Assembly (NCBI GenBank): GCA_002245135.1 | Contig: NGBS01000872.1 | Span: forward strand, 186,001 to 250,000 | Reading direction: 5' to 3' | Source of the DNA: Proteromonas lacertae | Taxonomy: Eukaryota | Length of the DNA: 64,000 bases | Shown: positions 27,029-41,169 of the stretch, one piece after another | Numbering within the stretch: the first letter of the stretch is position 1 | How the letters are laid out: each line of letters begins with the position of its first letter | Notes under the pieces: model-generated | What the model saw: the letters and a program-made list of their open reading frames with translations, nothing else | Database searches by the model: none | What the model was told of the DNA's origin: nothing | Position numbers and translations under genes: made by a program

Positions 27029-30000
27029 TTAAGCAGGCATTAACATTTGTCTTGTAGCTAATTGTTTATATAATCCATTCTCAATTTCCATTAATTGTTC
27101 ATGCTTTCCTGCTTCAACTACTCTTCCATGATCCATTACAAATATCATATCAGCATTTTGAATTGTACTTAATCTATGAGCAACTATTATACTTGTTCTA
27201 TCACTTGATGATAATAGTTTATCAATAGCTTCTTGAACAACAGCTTCACTTTCGGTATCTAAAGCACTAGTAGCTTCATCTAACAACAAAATTTTTGGAT
27301 TTCTTAATATAGCTCTGGCAATGGCTATTCTTTGCTTCTGTCCTCCACTCAATTGTTCTCCTTTATTTCCTACATTTGTGTTGTAATTATCTGGGAAATC
27401 CATTATGAAATTATGAGCATTTGCTGCTTTTGCTGCTGCTACTACATCTTCATGAGTTATTTTATCATTTCCATAATCTCCCATCTTTATATTATCTTCA
27501 ATTGTTCCACTGAATAAAACTGGTTCTTGACCAACTAAACCAAATTGTTTTCTCAAATACTTTATATTGATTGATTTAATTTCATGACCATCGATTATTA
27601 CTTCACCTGAATCAGCATTATAGAATCTTTGTAATAAGCCAATTATTGTTGATTTACCACAACCACTTGAACCAACTAAAGCTACTTTTTGACCTTTCTG
27701 AATCTTCAAATTCAATTTTCTTAAGATTGGAACATCTAATCGAGTTGGATATCTAAATCTCACATCTCTAAATTCAATTTCACCAACTATTTCTGGTGTA
27801 TCACCATCTGGACAGGTATAATCAATTGGTGGAACTCTATCTAATAATCCAAATACACTCTCAGCTGCTTGTTGTACTTTCACATCATCAGTTGCTCTTC
27901 CAGCAGATTGACCTACACTTTGAGCTGCTACCATTACAGACATCATTACTTTCATTAATTGAGCATTATTACATTTACCTTCTGTTGCCCACAATCCTCC
28001 TACTCTTATCACTAAAGCAGTTGCTCCCATTGATATCATATTATTATAGAATTGTAATAAAGCAGTACACCAAGCATCTTTCTTGCCCATTTCATATGGT
28101 TTTAATTGTTTCTTTCCAAACATCACTGAGAATTTCTCTTGTAATCCAAAAGCATGAAGTGTTCTAATTCCATTTACTGCTTCTGATGCTAAAGCTCCTG
28201 CTTCTTCCATTGGCTTTCTCATTTCTCTTATCAATCTTGACATTGTCTTACCTTGTAAATAAGATCCTAAAACTAAGAATGGGAATGCAGCTAAAATAAC
28301 AAATGTTAATAACCAATAAGAAACAAAGGCAATTATTAAACCAACAATACAAGTAAATACAGTTTGAACATCACTTGCTAATCTTTCACCTAAAGCAGCT
28401 TTTATATTTTGAGCATCTTGAGATAATTTGGATGTCATTGCACCAGTGTTATTCTCTTCTGCATCATAATAACCGACATCTTGTTTTAACATTGCTGTAA
28501 AACACATTTGTCTAATTCTACAAGTCAATCTTTCACCTACAGAACCAAAGGTAAATGATCTAACAACAGAAATAATAAATAAAGCAACTGCAAAGGCAAT
28601 TAATATACAAGCCCACATCACTGTTCCATTTCTCATTTCATGAGTATTTGATTTATAATATACATCCAACATTTCAGCAAATAATACACCAAACACTGGC
28701 ATTGCTGCTCCAGAAACTGCTCCACATATTATTCCAATTACAGTAAGACATGTTTCTGGTTTAGCTAAAGCCCATAATCTCGATTTTGATGTATCTACTT
28801 TAACTTCTTCACCTGTAGTTGGATCAACTACTCCAGATGTTAATCTACTATCTCTCATTGAAGATCTTCGTGCAATATATACAGCTTCATCTTCTTCATC
28901 TTCAGCTTCTACTGCTTCTTCTCTCTTCTTGTTTAACATTTGACGATTTCTTAATTCTGCATATAATCCATTCTTTGCTATTAATTCTGAATGTGTTCCT
29001 TGTTCAGCTATTTTACCTTCATTAAAAACAACGATTTCATCAGCAGTTTCAATTGTTGATAATCTATGAGCAATTATCAGAGTTGTTCTAGCTCTTTGTT
29101 TTACTAATTCATCTAAAGCAGCTTGAACTATCTTTTCACTTTCACTATCTAAAGCACTTGTTGCTTCATCTAACAATAAGATTCCTGGATTTCTAACTAA
29201 GGCTCTAGCAATTGCAATTCTCTGTTTTTGTCCACCACTCAATGAATGACCACCTTCACCTACATAAGTATCATAACCTTCAGGAAATTCCATTATGAAA
29301 TCATTAGCATTTGAATCTTTGGCTGCTTTTATTATATCTTCATCAGTAGCATCTAATCTTCCATTTCGAATATTATCTTTTACAGTTCCACTGAATAAAA
29401 CTGGTTCTTGACCTACAAAACCCATTTGAGCTCTGAAACTAGCTAAATTCAAATCACGAATATTCATTCCATCAACAAATACTTCACCTTCTTCTGGATC
29501 ATAGAATCTTTGTAACATTTGAATTGTTGTTGATTTACCACATCCACTTGAACCAACCAAACCAACTGTTTTACCAGCTTCTACTGTAAGACTCATTCCA
29601 TTTAAGATGATTTGATCTGGTCTACTTGGATATCTGAATTTGATATTTCTAAATTCGATTTTACCTTCTAAATGTTCTACTTTCTTACCTAAATTATCCA
29701 TTCCATCAATTGGCGGAATTCTATCAATTGTTGCATATACTTCAGCACCAGAACCACAAGCTTGTCCAATTGATACAATAGATGGTCCTAACATAGTTAA
29801 ACCCATTGTTCCCATTAATACAGCCATAAATACAGTCATAACACTTCCACCAGTAAAACATTTACTATCTCCAACACCTAATTGACAATCAGATGCATAA
29901 TCACACTATATAAATAATATAATAATGAATATACAGGACTTTTTCCTAAACCAGGACAATCATTAGCAGTCAAATTAGCAGCTATATCATGGTTAATAGA

Positions 30001-31397
30001 ATAACAAAAATCTTTGTAGGATGGATGATCATAGCTCTTTATTTGATCAACAACTCTCTGACCATTATCATTTTTGCTACAATAGTAGTATATTCTATAT
30101 AATATTAAATAAAAATTGTATACTCATCTCTAACATCATCTTGATCATCTCCAATCAATTTACCACCATACCACAAACCCAAAGCGAATGTTAAATACAT
30201 AATCATCATAAATACACCAATAATAGCACCAGTAATTCTTGCCATTGTAATACCTAAACCTCTTGCTTCTTCTACTGCATGTTTATACCTTTTTATAAAA
30301 TATTCTTCAATGCCAAATGATGATACTGTTCTGATTGAGCCAATAGCTTCTTCAGCAATACCACCTGATTCAGCAAATCTGTTTTGAGCTTCCAATATGA
30401 ATTTTCTCAATAAAATACCAAAAGCACTACCAACAATACACAATGGCACACCTAATGCTAATATAACCAAAGTCATTGACCAATCTTTGGTAAAACCAAT
30501 TGCATAACCAGCAATGAACTGAGCTAATGCTTGAATAGTCATACCAATATCTTTACCCATCCCACCATTCATAATTATAGTATCATCAACAATACGAGTA
30601 GATAATGTCTTTGGATCATGATGATCAAACCATGTAACATCCTGACGAATAATACCACGGAAATACAAATATCTAACTCTGTTTATTTGTCTTTCTGCTG
30701 TTAATTTCCAAGACCACATCATTAGAAATCCAGCAGCAGCCATACCACAACCTAATCCAAACATTACCAAACTATTGTGAATAATATCATCATGAGCTTT
30801 ATCAAGATACATTTGTTTTGTTGCATCATCTAATTCAACATCACCTGTTTGTACTTGATTCATCATATCACCAAAAATCAACATAGAACATGGCATGATT
30901 ACACCAGATCCAATAGAAAAAATAATACCAATAATCTGAAGAAGATGATCAATGACATCTGAGTATTTGAGTAATTCTCTTATACTCAAACTTTTTGTTG
31001 GTCTTTCTTCCTCTTGCTTTTTAGGTTCTGTCTTTTGTTCATTTACTTTTTTCTCTTTCTCTTCTTTATTAGAACTTATATCTTGTTGTTCTCTGGCTGG
31101 TTTTACTTCGATTGTTTTAATTTGAACTGGTTCTTTTTTTTCAGGTTGATTATCTGGATTTTCTCCATTAGGTGTTTCTGTTGGAGCTTTTAACCCATCA
31201 GTATTATTAATATTATCATTATTTGGATTTGGATTCACTTCTAAGGCTGGTTGCACTTCATCTACCTTGTTATTAACATTTGTTGTTTGTTGTTTTTCTT
31301 GAACAGGTTGATTTGACTGTTGTTCACCGTAATCTAGTTTGTTTTCTGTGTTCTCTGAACAAATAGGAGGTTCAAAAGAGTTATTATTCTCGCTCAT
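27029..31397 (-). CDS. ABCB1: Full-length ABCB (P-glycoprotein/MDR) transporter, 3 exons
   Basis: TMD-NBD-TMD-NBD layout; GSSGCGKST, LSGGQKQRIAIARA, LLLDEATSALD and AHRLSTI each occur twice. Confidence 0.95.
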
Positions 31398-31533
31398 TCA
31401 AATTAAAAAACAAAAAACACAATGAGGCTACTTTAATATGTATTTCCTATATAATTATATGAATTTAAGAAAAAAACACTTCCAACATTCATGTAGGACA
31501 AGTTAAAAATATCAATTACAGTGATTAATCCAT

Positions 31534-34500
31534 CTAATTATCTATAACAATAACATCACTATATTTTACCGTTTGACCATGTCCAATATCACACATATTC
31601 TTTAATCTAGTTCCACTAATGAAGGGTTGGTCAAATATTATATCTATCAATCCTAAACTTCTATAAACACTAACAACAGTGCCTTTTAAACCTGGAGGTA
31701 TATTCGATAATCCAATAGATATTACTCTACTACCCAACACTGGTTTTGTAATAATATCATAATGTCTATCAATTTGTCCTACAGAAGATAAAGCATTAAA
31801 TGGAACATCAACTTTCACAATTTTATTTACAATTTTTGCATCTTTCAGTGTTTTATTCAAACATATCAATTGAGATTTAGTAAATCTTTCACTTTTACAT
31901 TGTATTAAAGATGCATTTGGATTTATATTGTGTTTTCTCCATTCTTTAATATTATTCATTATTTCATGATATTCTTTATTTGTACCTAATACTTGGGACT
32001 TATAATTCATTGAATCTTTAGTCTTTACTAATTCACATACTTTAGGAAAATTATCAATAAAATCTTTTAATAGTTTCACTCCATCTTCATTGATTTCAGC
32101 AATCTTTAATAATTCAACTTTGTCACTGTCTCTTCTTCTATTTAGAACTGATTTAATGTTTCCTGCTATATATAAAGTAGCTTCATCATTATCAATCCAT
32201 TCATTCTCTTCTTCTTTATTATTATTAATATAAACATAATCAGGATTGTAATACCATATATCATCATGAAAATCAAAGAAATTCAATCCAATATCAGTCT
32301 GTTTATTTATAATTACACTATCTAATAATCTAAATAATGAGATATTATCCATATTAAACATTACAGATAATTCATCCAATGAATGAAGAGGTAACTTATG
32401 ATTGGATAAAAAAGTAATTCCTAAATTATTATCGAATTGATTATTCATTGATATTTCAATTGTAGCTACTTCATTATTAGCAATATTAACAACTATTCCA
32501 CTATTACCAAATATGCTAATACCATCATTATATTTCATAGTTTTATCAACTACTATCATTGTATCTCCTAACTCAATATGTGGTGGTAATACAATCAAAT
32601 CACTTTCTTCAAATTTAGAATCACTATTTTGTATTGAATATCGAACTACATTAAATGGAACAATAAATGATTCTTTCGAGAATTTTCTTACTAAATGATT
32701 ATTAATAGGGATCATATTAATTAATGGATGTATTTCAACTATACAAACAACACCATTTAATTCAATACCAGCTGTACCAAATTGATTGCATAATCCTTTC
32801 AGCCATTTATCATGTAACATTTGAGCTTCAGTTTCAAATAACACCATTTCATCATTATCATGTTCTTTATCTATCACTTTGATACTTTGATAATTTGGTT
32901 TTAATATTTGTTTATCTGTAAAAATAGATTCTTCATAGTTCAATTCATGGGATGCATATTTTATTGAAGTAATAATTCCACTTAATTGAGAAGGATAACC
33001 GAAATAACAATATTTACCTATTTCTGGATCTTTATTATCATCTTCTGGTTTATTAATGGCTAAAACAAGTGATTCTGCCTTTGAAACATTTGCAAATACT
33101 TCCATACCAATTCTAGCTTTCTTCATAAAGAAAGGAAATGAATATAAACTTGGAATTCTTGATATTTCTTTATTATAACTTGGATTCAACTTATTAACAG
33201 ATTTAGCAGATGGATTTGGTAATTTTACTGGTATTTCTACTACTGATATATGTGTACAATCTAATGGGAAGAATTGATTAGAGAATATAGTAACACCATC
33301 TCTTGGAGTTAATGTTGGATTATATTTATAGCATAAATCATTATAACATAGTGTATTTCTAACAACTTCATTAGGTTTTAAATTATCATTTAAACTATTA
33401 TCTTTTACTATTGATACTATTCTATTAATATCAATAAATGGTATAATAATTTCACCTTCATAATCTTTCACTTTACCATCCATATCAATTTCAAATTCTT
33501 TAGGATAATAATCAATAATTGGTGAATCTGGATTAGTCATATAACCTCTATATGCTTCAGGTAAAATATTACAACTATAAGGAGGTAAACAACATAATAA
33601 CTGAACTAATGGATCAACAGGTGAACTTAATTCAAATGTTAAGTTATTATATTTCATTAAATCAATACAATCTGAGAATAATGGTGAATAGTGAAATGGA
33701 TAAAACCAATTCCACGAAGGACAACCTCTATAATAATAATCTAACACCCACATTAACCCTTGAATATAATTCTTTACTATTTCATCTTTCTTATCTTTTT
33801 CTTCAGGTTTTATATTAAATTTTGATAAATAATATATATTCTTAACTGATAATTCTTCTTCTCCAAGTTGTTCTGAATATTCATCCGTTTTAGATTTATC
33901 TATTTTACCTTTTTTACCTCTTCGAAAACTTCTTTTAGAGATTGATTTCGTATAAATTTTTTGAATTGTTTCTTCTTCATCTTCACTCAAATATTTACAT
34001 AACTTTTCAAATAATAACAAATTAATTTTTCCTCTTTCTAATATGTAATTATGGTTCGTTTCTAAGTTTTCTCTATAGAAATCCATTAGTTTTGTCATTG
34101 ATCCTGATTTAATATCAATCGAAGGACAAGACGGTAAGAAATCATTACCACAAAGTGTAACTAAGAATATAAAATCATCAATAATTCTCTCTAAGTTATA
34201 AAATGCTAAGTATTTATCACTATAAAAGTCTAAATTTAAATATTCTCTTAATATGCTGATATGGATTAATTGTAGTTTTGGATTTTCGATTTCAACAAGA
34301 TGATTCTCATTATGACCATTATTAATGAACTTCGTACAATCTAATATCTCTCTTAATATAATTATATTTGGCTCGTGTAATGATAATGATAATAAGATCA
34401 AATCAGCATCTAAGCCATATATACAATGTCTATTATTGCTTTTGAATTGATGTTCTCTTTTTAGATTTCTCATATATTCTATTATTTTGTGTTCTCCTTC

Positions 34501-35022
34501 ACCTGGGACATTGTAACCTGAATAAATTACTTGGAATGTTTGCCATTTTGCATCTGTTTCTATTTTGTATAATAACATTGACTTAATTCCTTCATCAACC
34601 TTTCTCATAAACTCTGTACCTGGAGTAATGCAATTTGAATCAAATGCATTTGTTTCAGATATATCTTCATCCTTAGTTTTTCCTAATTGCTTCTCTAAAT
34701 CCTGAGCAGCTTTAAAACGTCTCTTTCTCTGTTGATTAATTTTTGCTCGTGGTGGTACACCATCAACTGCAAGATAAAGCAACTGAGATGGACGGATTGT
34801 TGAAATCAGGTGATCGATGTAAGCAAACATTGACACAACTACATCCAGTTCATCTTGTGCATAGGATAGTACTTTATCATTATTGTGAGTAGCAGTGTGA
34901 ATTAAACCATTCAAATCGAGATATAAATTCTCTATGTCGATATTCACCGATGATTCAGTAAATAATTGATTGATTAATGGATATCTTTCTGATAACCATT
35001 TATAAAAGTGAGGAACTCCCAT
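31534..35022 (-). CDS. XRN1: 5'-3' exoribonuclease 1 (intronless)
   Basis: MGVPHFYKWLSERYP, LYLDLNG, DGVPPRAK, FDSNCITPGTEFM, GEGEHK, GLDADLI, GNDFLP, SWNWFYPFHYSP; C-terminal GLKGTVV..DIIFD SH3-like region. Confidence 0.93.
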   Translation of the reverse strand: MGVPHFYKWLSERYPLINQLFTESSVNIDIENLYLDLNGLIHTATHNNDKVLSYAQDELDVVVSMFAYIDHLISTIRPSQLLYLAVDGVPPRAKINQQRKRRFKAAQDLEKQLGKTKDEDISETNAFDSNCITPGTEFMRKVDEGIKSMLLYKIETDAKWQTFQVIYSGYNVPGEGEHKIIEYMRNLKREHQFKSNNRHCIYGLDADLILLSLSLHEPNIIILREILDCTKFINNGHNENHLVEIENPKLQLIHISILREYLNLDFYSDKYLAFYNLERIIDDFIFLVTLCGNDFLPSCPSIDIKSGSMTKLMDFYRENLETNHNYILERGKINLLLFEKLCKYLSEDEEETIQKIYTKSISKRSFRRGKKGKIDKSKTDEYSEQLGEEELSVKNIYYLSKFNIKPEEKDKKDEIVKNYIQGLMWVLDYYYRGCPSWNWFYPFHYSPLFSDCIDLMKYNNLTFELSSPVDPLVQLLCCLPPYSCNILPEAYRGYMTNPDSPIIDYYPKEFEIDMDGKVKDYEGEIIIPFIDINRIVSIVKDNSLNDNLKPNEVVRNTLCYNDLCYKYNPTLTPRDGVTIFSNQFFPLDCTHISVVEIPVKLPNPSAKSVNKLNPSYNKEISRIPSLYSFPFFMKKARIGMEVFANVSKAESLVLAINKPEDDNKDPEIGKYCYFGYPSQLSGIITSIKYASHELNYEESIFTDKQILKPNYQSIKVIDKEHDNDEMVLFETEAQMLHDKWLKGLCNQFGTAGIELNGVVCIVEIHPLINMIPINNHLVRKFSKESFIVPFNVVRYSIQNSDSKFEESDLIVLPPHIELGDTMIVVDKTMKYNDGISIFGNSGIVVNIANNEVATIEISMNNQFDNNLGITFLSNHKLPLHSLDELSVMFNMDNISLFRLLDSVIINKQTDIGLNFFDFHDDIWYYNPDYVYINNNKEEENEWIDNDEATLYIAGNIKSVLNRRRDSDKVELLKIAEINEDGVKLLKDFIDNFPKVCELVKTKDSMNYKSQVLGTNKEYHEIMNNIKEWRKHNINPNASLIQCKSERFTKSQLICLNKTLKDAKIVNKIVKVDVPFNALSSVGQIDRHYDIITKPVLGSRVISIGLSNIPPGLKGTVVSVYRSLGLIDIIFDQPFISGTRLKNMCDIGHGQTVKYSDVIVIDN

Positions 35023-35117
35023 TTTTAATTAAAAAATAATATTTCCGATTCAGTTCAGATCTTGTTAATTATGAAACGGATTTAAATTTTTAAACAGAAA
35101 AAAATAAACCAAAAAAA

Positions 35118-36887
35118 TCAATTAGCTATACATTTATTATCCTTAATCATTAACCTAAAGGGTGGAACAGGCAATTTTGAATGAATACCATACAATGGAC
35201 ATTGTTTTATATTACAATTGAAATAATCTTCACAGCAAGCCATATCACCATAAATATATCTAATTCCATTCACATTACTTCTATCAGTTGTTTCAATGGT
35301 TATACTATTATTGGTACTTTTAATTATCTTAAATTCACTCCAAGAATCCTATTATATAAATAATATATATTATAAATACTTCAACAGACACTTCAAAACC
35401 ATATTTATGTCTTAATTCCAACTTATCCTCCATAGTATTAGCAGTTGTATTAAAAAACAACACAATTTCATTCTTACCAATTTCACAATGAGAAAACAAT
35501 GGTCCAGTATAATAAACATCACTCTTCTTATTATATACAAAATATAAAGCACCATAATACAATCTCAAACCAACATCAAACTTCGGTCTAGGATGAACAG
35601 CACCAAGTGGAGCTTTTGGATCTGATAAATCAATGGAAATTGCCATAAACACATTATTCTGCAAAGGATTTGGAACATATCCATAATAAGCTGTTTGTGA
35701 AAGTCTTAAAGCACCAATATTCAAATTATCAACTCCATCTCCATAACCTGATAATTGTACAAATCCAAATGGGAAATTTAAATCAGTTGTTTCACTGATT
35801 TCATACCATTTTTTCCTATAATCTTTAATCATTTCTGGGAATAAACATGCATATCCTTTTTGATGGATTATATCACCAGGTTCAAATATATTGGCTTCAC
35901 CTTGATACCAGATGATTCCTTTGATTGTATAAGTCATTAATGGGTAAATCATACCATAGTATCTACACAAATAATAAATAAAGAAACAAAGAAAGAAATA
36001 TTTTTAAAAAAATGAATGAAAGAAATACAAATAATTTAAATCATCATACAATGATGAATCTTGACCATTATATCCATTACATTTATCTATTACATCTCTT
36101 GAGGACCATGATTCTATTCTCGTACCACCATATGTTGTAGCTACTAAACCAATTGGAATTTCTAATTTTGACTGGAGCAAGTAACCATAGATATAGCATA
36201 CACCTGAAAAATATGAAAACTCTGTACCGTCTAATACAGAGGGTTTTGCTTTACTCCAATTGACTTTGATTTGATTTGGAGATAAATCTGTTAAAGGTTT
36301 TCTGGATGGATTTCTTTCTATTTCCATTACTCTAATGAATGGGTATTGTGATGAATTACTAATTAATTCTTTACCTATGTCTGTCTCATACAACTAAAAA
36401 TAGAGATTCTGTCATTTATACTGTCATTTCCATATTGGACTGTCCTGAACATATCCAAAGATCTCCAAACACTATATCTTTGAGAAATATTGATTTAGAT
36501 TGTGAAACAAGAGTAACATTTATTTTATATATGTCATAAGATGCTTTTATAGGATTTAATTTAAACTTCCACCTTCTAACAAAGTATATTTGATACATTA
36601 ATACCCATTCTTATCAATATTACCTTCATATGTGTGAGATGATATTTGCAGCGTGATTTTTTCGAATTTAGGTCCATATCCCCACACATTAGCAGAATAT
36701 GGAGCAGCCTAAAGGATAAATATAAGTTACATACTTGTAGAAGCATATGATCTGAATAAATATTAGCAAAGGAGAAGTCATGGTTTTCTATCTTTTTTAA
36801 ATGCAAGTAATGATAAAATGAGTAGATAAATAAAAGCACAACTATCACATATCCTAAGAAAGTGATCATTACGAAAAACTTTGACAT
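35118..36887 (-). CDS. SIAE: Sialate O-acetylesterase (SASA/SGNH) with N-terminal membrane anchor
   Basis: DHMLLQ, FGDLWICSGQSNM, GGTRIESWS, GIIWYQGEAN, FGFVQL, DL..VHPRPK across short introns; 3' end approximate. Confidence 0.88.
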
Positions 36888-36978
36888 ATATCACATATAA
36901 CCTTTCATTTTTGTATATGAAGGAATTATATTGTGACTATACCTCATAAAAACAACAAATATACAACTAAATAATAAT

Positions 36979-38144
36979 TTATACAAGAGAATCATATTCT
37001 GTACATGCACTACCATAATACCTACTAAAACACTCACACAAACCTGTGTCATGATTACACAATCCATTTCCACTACACACTATTGGAGTTATTCCTTCAT
37101 TTTTATATGATATTGATTTTACATTCAACGATTGACTTTTCAATTCGCTTGCTTTTAATCCATGAAAGCCTGATTCATCATTTACTCCTAAATATTTTTT
37201 ATCATTCTCTAAATCAGCCAATGTTATTACTCTTATTGAATTTTGTCTTCCTGTGTGTTGGTTTGAAAAGACAATTCTTACTGTAAATGGTTTATCTGGA
37301 TTATAAGTTTCTTTTCCATCTATTCCTCCTGTAATTGTTACTTCTTTAACATCAATTACACCTGGTGGAAGTCTATTTAATGCTTGAAACCATCCCATAG
37401 TTTTAGTACTTGGATCTAATTTTGGTTCTTGATTATCTATTGATGCACAGAATGCATCTGTATAATAAGTTCTATTATAACTATCTGTATATTGCGCATA
37501 AACTAAACAACCACTTGTTGCTTTATTACCACTAGCAGGTTCTGGTGTTATTGTAATTTCTTGAACTGCTTCATTAGAAATATCACATTCATTAGTCTCA
37601 ACATATCCACTTGGACATTTACGTTTACTACAATCATATCCTTCATATTCCTCATCACATACACAAGCAAAACTCTGGATTTTGTCCCAATCTTTATAAT
37701 CTTCATTTGGTAAAACTTCGAAGTGATAAGTAGATCTTGTCATAGTATTTTCATTAATGGACATATGATTCATATTTATACATTCACCATGTCCACTACA
37801 TTGGTTTGGACACATTAATCTTTGACAAGCATCTCCCTCATATCCTGGAAAGCATTCACATAATCCACTATCTCTATTACAATTACCTTTACCACTACAT
37901 TCTAAATAAGCTCTGCTATCTGCTTTTTTTTCAGTATCAGGATCAACAAAAGTTTCTCCTAATGGGCATGTTCCTATACGTTATTACTATATTCTTATAT
38001 ACTTTTGGAACAGTCCCCTTCACGCCATCCAGTAAAACAAAGACATGTACCTCCATTACTACAAGATCCATGTCCACTGCATTGGTTAGGACATGAACTA
38101 CCCCAAACTATTATATATATGACGAATAAGACAGAAAACTTCAT
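36979..38144 (-). CDS. Second mastigoneme-type EGF-repeat protein
   Basis: Signal peptide, CPNQCSGHG twice, [61 protein letters not shown], terminal CSGNGLCNHDTGLCECF. Confidence 0.8.
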
Positions 38145-38280
38145 AAAAAAACAATCCGTTGGTCAAGCCAAACCAGTTTGTGAGAAAAATATTTTTCATA
38201 CACCATTAATAGAAATATAGTCGTTATTTTTGATTAATCAAGCTTTTCTATCAAGCTTATTTTCATTTTCATTTTTATCA

Positions 38281-39567
38281 ATGGATGCTGATCCACCAGT
38301 ACCGGGAGTTCTTTTTACTGAAACTGTAGTGGTTGAAAAAATGAAAGATGATTTAAGAGACCTTGTAAATCGAGAAAGAGCAAAAGAATGGAATAAACAT
38401 CAGTTTCCAGGTATAAAAATATCATTACTGTTATGCAAAATAGGTTCTCATCCCGTTTCTATGACCAGAGCTAATATGCACTTAATTGAACAGAATGACT
38501 ATTTGGTGTGTGAAAAATCTGATGGAGTGAGATATTTGTTATTGTTATGCTTTGTATAAAACAATAAATATATACGAATAGGATCGTGCTTATTTAATAG
38601 ATAGAAAATACAATTTTTATATGCTTGATAAATTCACAATTCCATTTCCAACAGAATCCAATAAAGACCAACTCCATAATTACACACTATTAGATTGTGA
38701 ATTAGTAGAAACATCCCGCGAATCAAAGACTTATGAAAAAGGAACATTAGTTGTTTTAATATTCGATATATTAGCACTTGGAGCTTTACCAACAATGAAT
38801 TTATCATTAATACAAAGATTGCAACTTATACAAACATATATATTATTACCATTCTCTAGAGTATATAATATATATATAATATATTATTAGAAACTAAAAG
38901 AAGGTGGATATAATGATGGATCTTTACCATTTATGTTGCAACTAAAATCAATGTATCCAAGTAAACTATCAAGATATGTTTGGTTTAATATTGTTCCTAA
39001 TTTAGCACATCATTGTGATGGTTTAATTTATACACCTATTAATAGATCCTATGAACCAGGAACATGTTATAATTTATTGAAATGGAAACCTTATGATTTA
39101 AATTCAGTCGATTTTGAACTTCGAATTGAATATTTTCGTATATATATTTAATGATTAATATTTAATAGAAAGAAAACCTTATTTTGAATTACATTGTCAG
39201 GATAAAGGAATTACTCAGTTTTTTGATTGGATTTCGTTTGATGATGCTTCTGAATATGAAAATAAAGGCGGTCAAATATTGGAATGTGTTTTTGATAGAG
39301 TATATTTCATTTATTTCTTATTTTTTGTTGTAGAATGTTTATACATACGTGTTAGATCCTGAGAATGTAGAGAGTGGTGCACCTGATCCTCATTATAATG
39401 ATCCTGTGAAAGGATTAGGATGGAGAAGAGGTGGTTGGAAGATATTGAGATTAAGAGGTGATAAAGGAGCAGCTAATGATAAGAGAATAGTGGATAAGTT
39501 AATGGAGAGTATAAGAGATAATGTTACAATTGAAGATATGTGTAAATTAGTAGAGAATAAGAAATAA
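38281..39567 (+). CDS. mRNA capping enzyme, guanylyltransferase (standalone)
   Basis: FPGSHPVS, motif I VCEKSDGVRY, TLLDCELV, DGLIYTP, LLKWKP, NSVDF, OB-fold end WKILRLRGDK..AND. Confidence 0.9.
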
Positions 39568-39721
39568 TTAATTTTTAGTATTAATTTTATAGTAATTTAG
39601 TTTGTATTCATGCTATATTAAACATATTTAGAATGTAGGTATATAGCTAGTGTTATTTAACAAAAAGAATTTTTGTAAAGTCATTTCTAAAAATTAAGTC
39701 GTTTTGTTTGACATTTTTGAA

Positions 39722-41012
39722 ATGGAAAGGTTTTTAGGTTGTAATGCTTGTCAAGCGACATTTAAAACACCAGAAGAACATAAACTGTATATCAAGGGAT
39801 TATAATTCTATAGACACTATACAACAGACTGGCATAGATACAATTTGAAAGAGAAAGATAGGAGAGATGGGTTCTGTCACTGAAGAAGAATTTAATCGTA
39901 GAAAAGCTGCAGGTATTTTTCATTTCGATAAATACAACTAGAATTGATAATGGCAGATGAATCTGTTCCAAATAGTGGCTTACACCATTGTAAATATTGC
40001 AAGTATAGTACAGAATTATTATTATCAATAGTAAAACATTTAGTAGTAAAAACGCAGAAGAAAGTCATTTGAAAAGTAAAAAACACAAATTCAATATAAA
40101 ACTATATGAAAAGAAGAAGACAGCAGAACAGACAGAACCTACTGTAGAACCTATTCCAGAAGTTCAAAATACAAAAGAAATAGTAGCAGAAGAAGAAGAT
40201 AATGAAGAAGGAAAAGAAATAACAGAAACTGAGAAAAAGGTAATACCAGATACACATGAATATGAATTAAACGAATGTTTCTTTTGTAATGAAATGTCTG
40301 GAGATATTGAAAGTAATTTAGAACATATGTTGAAGATGCATGGATTCTTTATTCCTGAAGCTGAATATTTAGTAAACATAGAAGGTTTATTGAAATATAT
40401 TGGAAATAGAGTATAAAAATATTCTTCTTTATTATTGTTTTTATTATGAATAGATTGGTGTTGAACATGTTTGTTTAAATTGTCAATTTTTATTCAAATC
40501 TGTGAATGCACTTAAAGATCACATGATAAGTAAATGTCATTGTAGATTATTATGGGATGATGATGTTGATGTTGGTGAATATGAAGAGTTTTTCGATTTT
40601 ACTAAGAATGACAAAGATGACAAAGATGATACACCATTAGAGTATTTTAATATAAGTTTTATTTTTATTATAAATGAATAGTCCTGCTGTTGTTGATGCA
40701 AATGGTGAATTGAGATTACCTAATGGTAATATTCTTGGTAATAGAATATACAAAAGATATTATAAACAATATTATAAACCAATTGATACAAGACCTTCAG
40801 TTGTTGCTAATAAACTATTGTTGTTGTATAGACAGAATCACATTGATACTAATACAACATTAGCCAAAACAGATTATAGAATTCAACAGATTGTAAGAAG
40901 ACACAAGAAGATGGATATTGATGGATTTGTGAATTATGATAATCAGAAGTTGAAAATAGGTGTTAGAACTAATAAGTTGAATAGAAAGTATTACAGATCA
41001 CAAACAGGATAA
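39722..41012 (+). CDS. ZNF622: Cytoplasmic 60S maturation factor REI1/ZNF622
   Basis: CNAC..HYTTDWHRYNLKRK, CFFC..NLEHMLKMHGFFIPEAEYL, DHMISKCHC, LRLPNGNILGNR..RYYKQ. Confidence 0.9.
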
Positions 41013-41169
41013 ATTATATGTATGTTATATTATTATGTTGTTTTTCTTTTGGATTTAAAAAATCAATATAAAAAAAGCATAGATTAACATTATTAAATAT
41101 ATAACTTCAGTTTTCTATTAATATAAGAATATGAACAATATTATAAGTGATAATTAAGATAATTTAACT

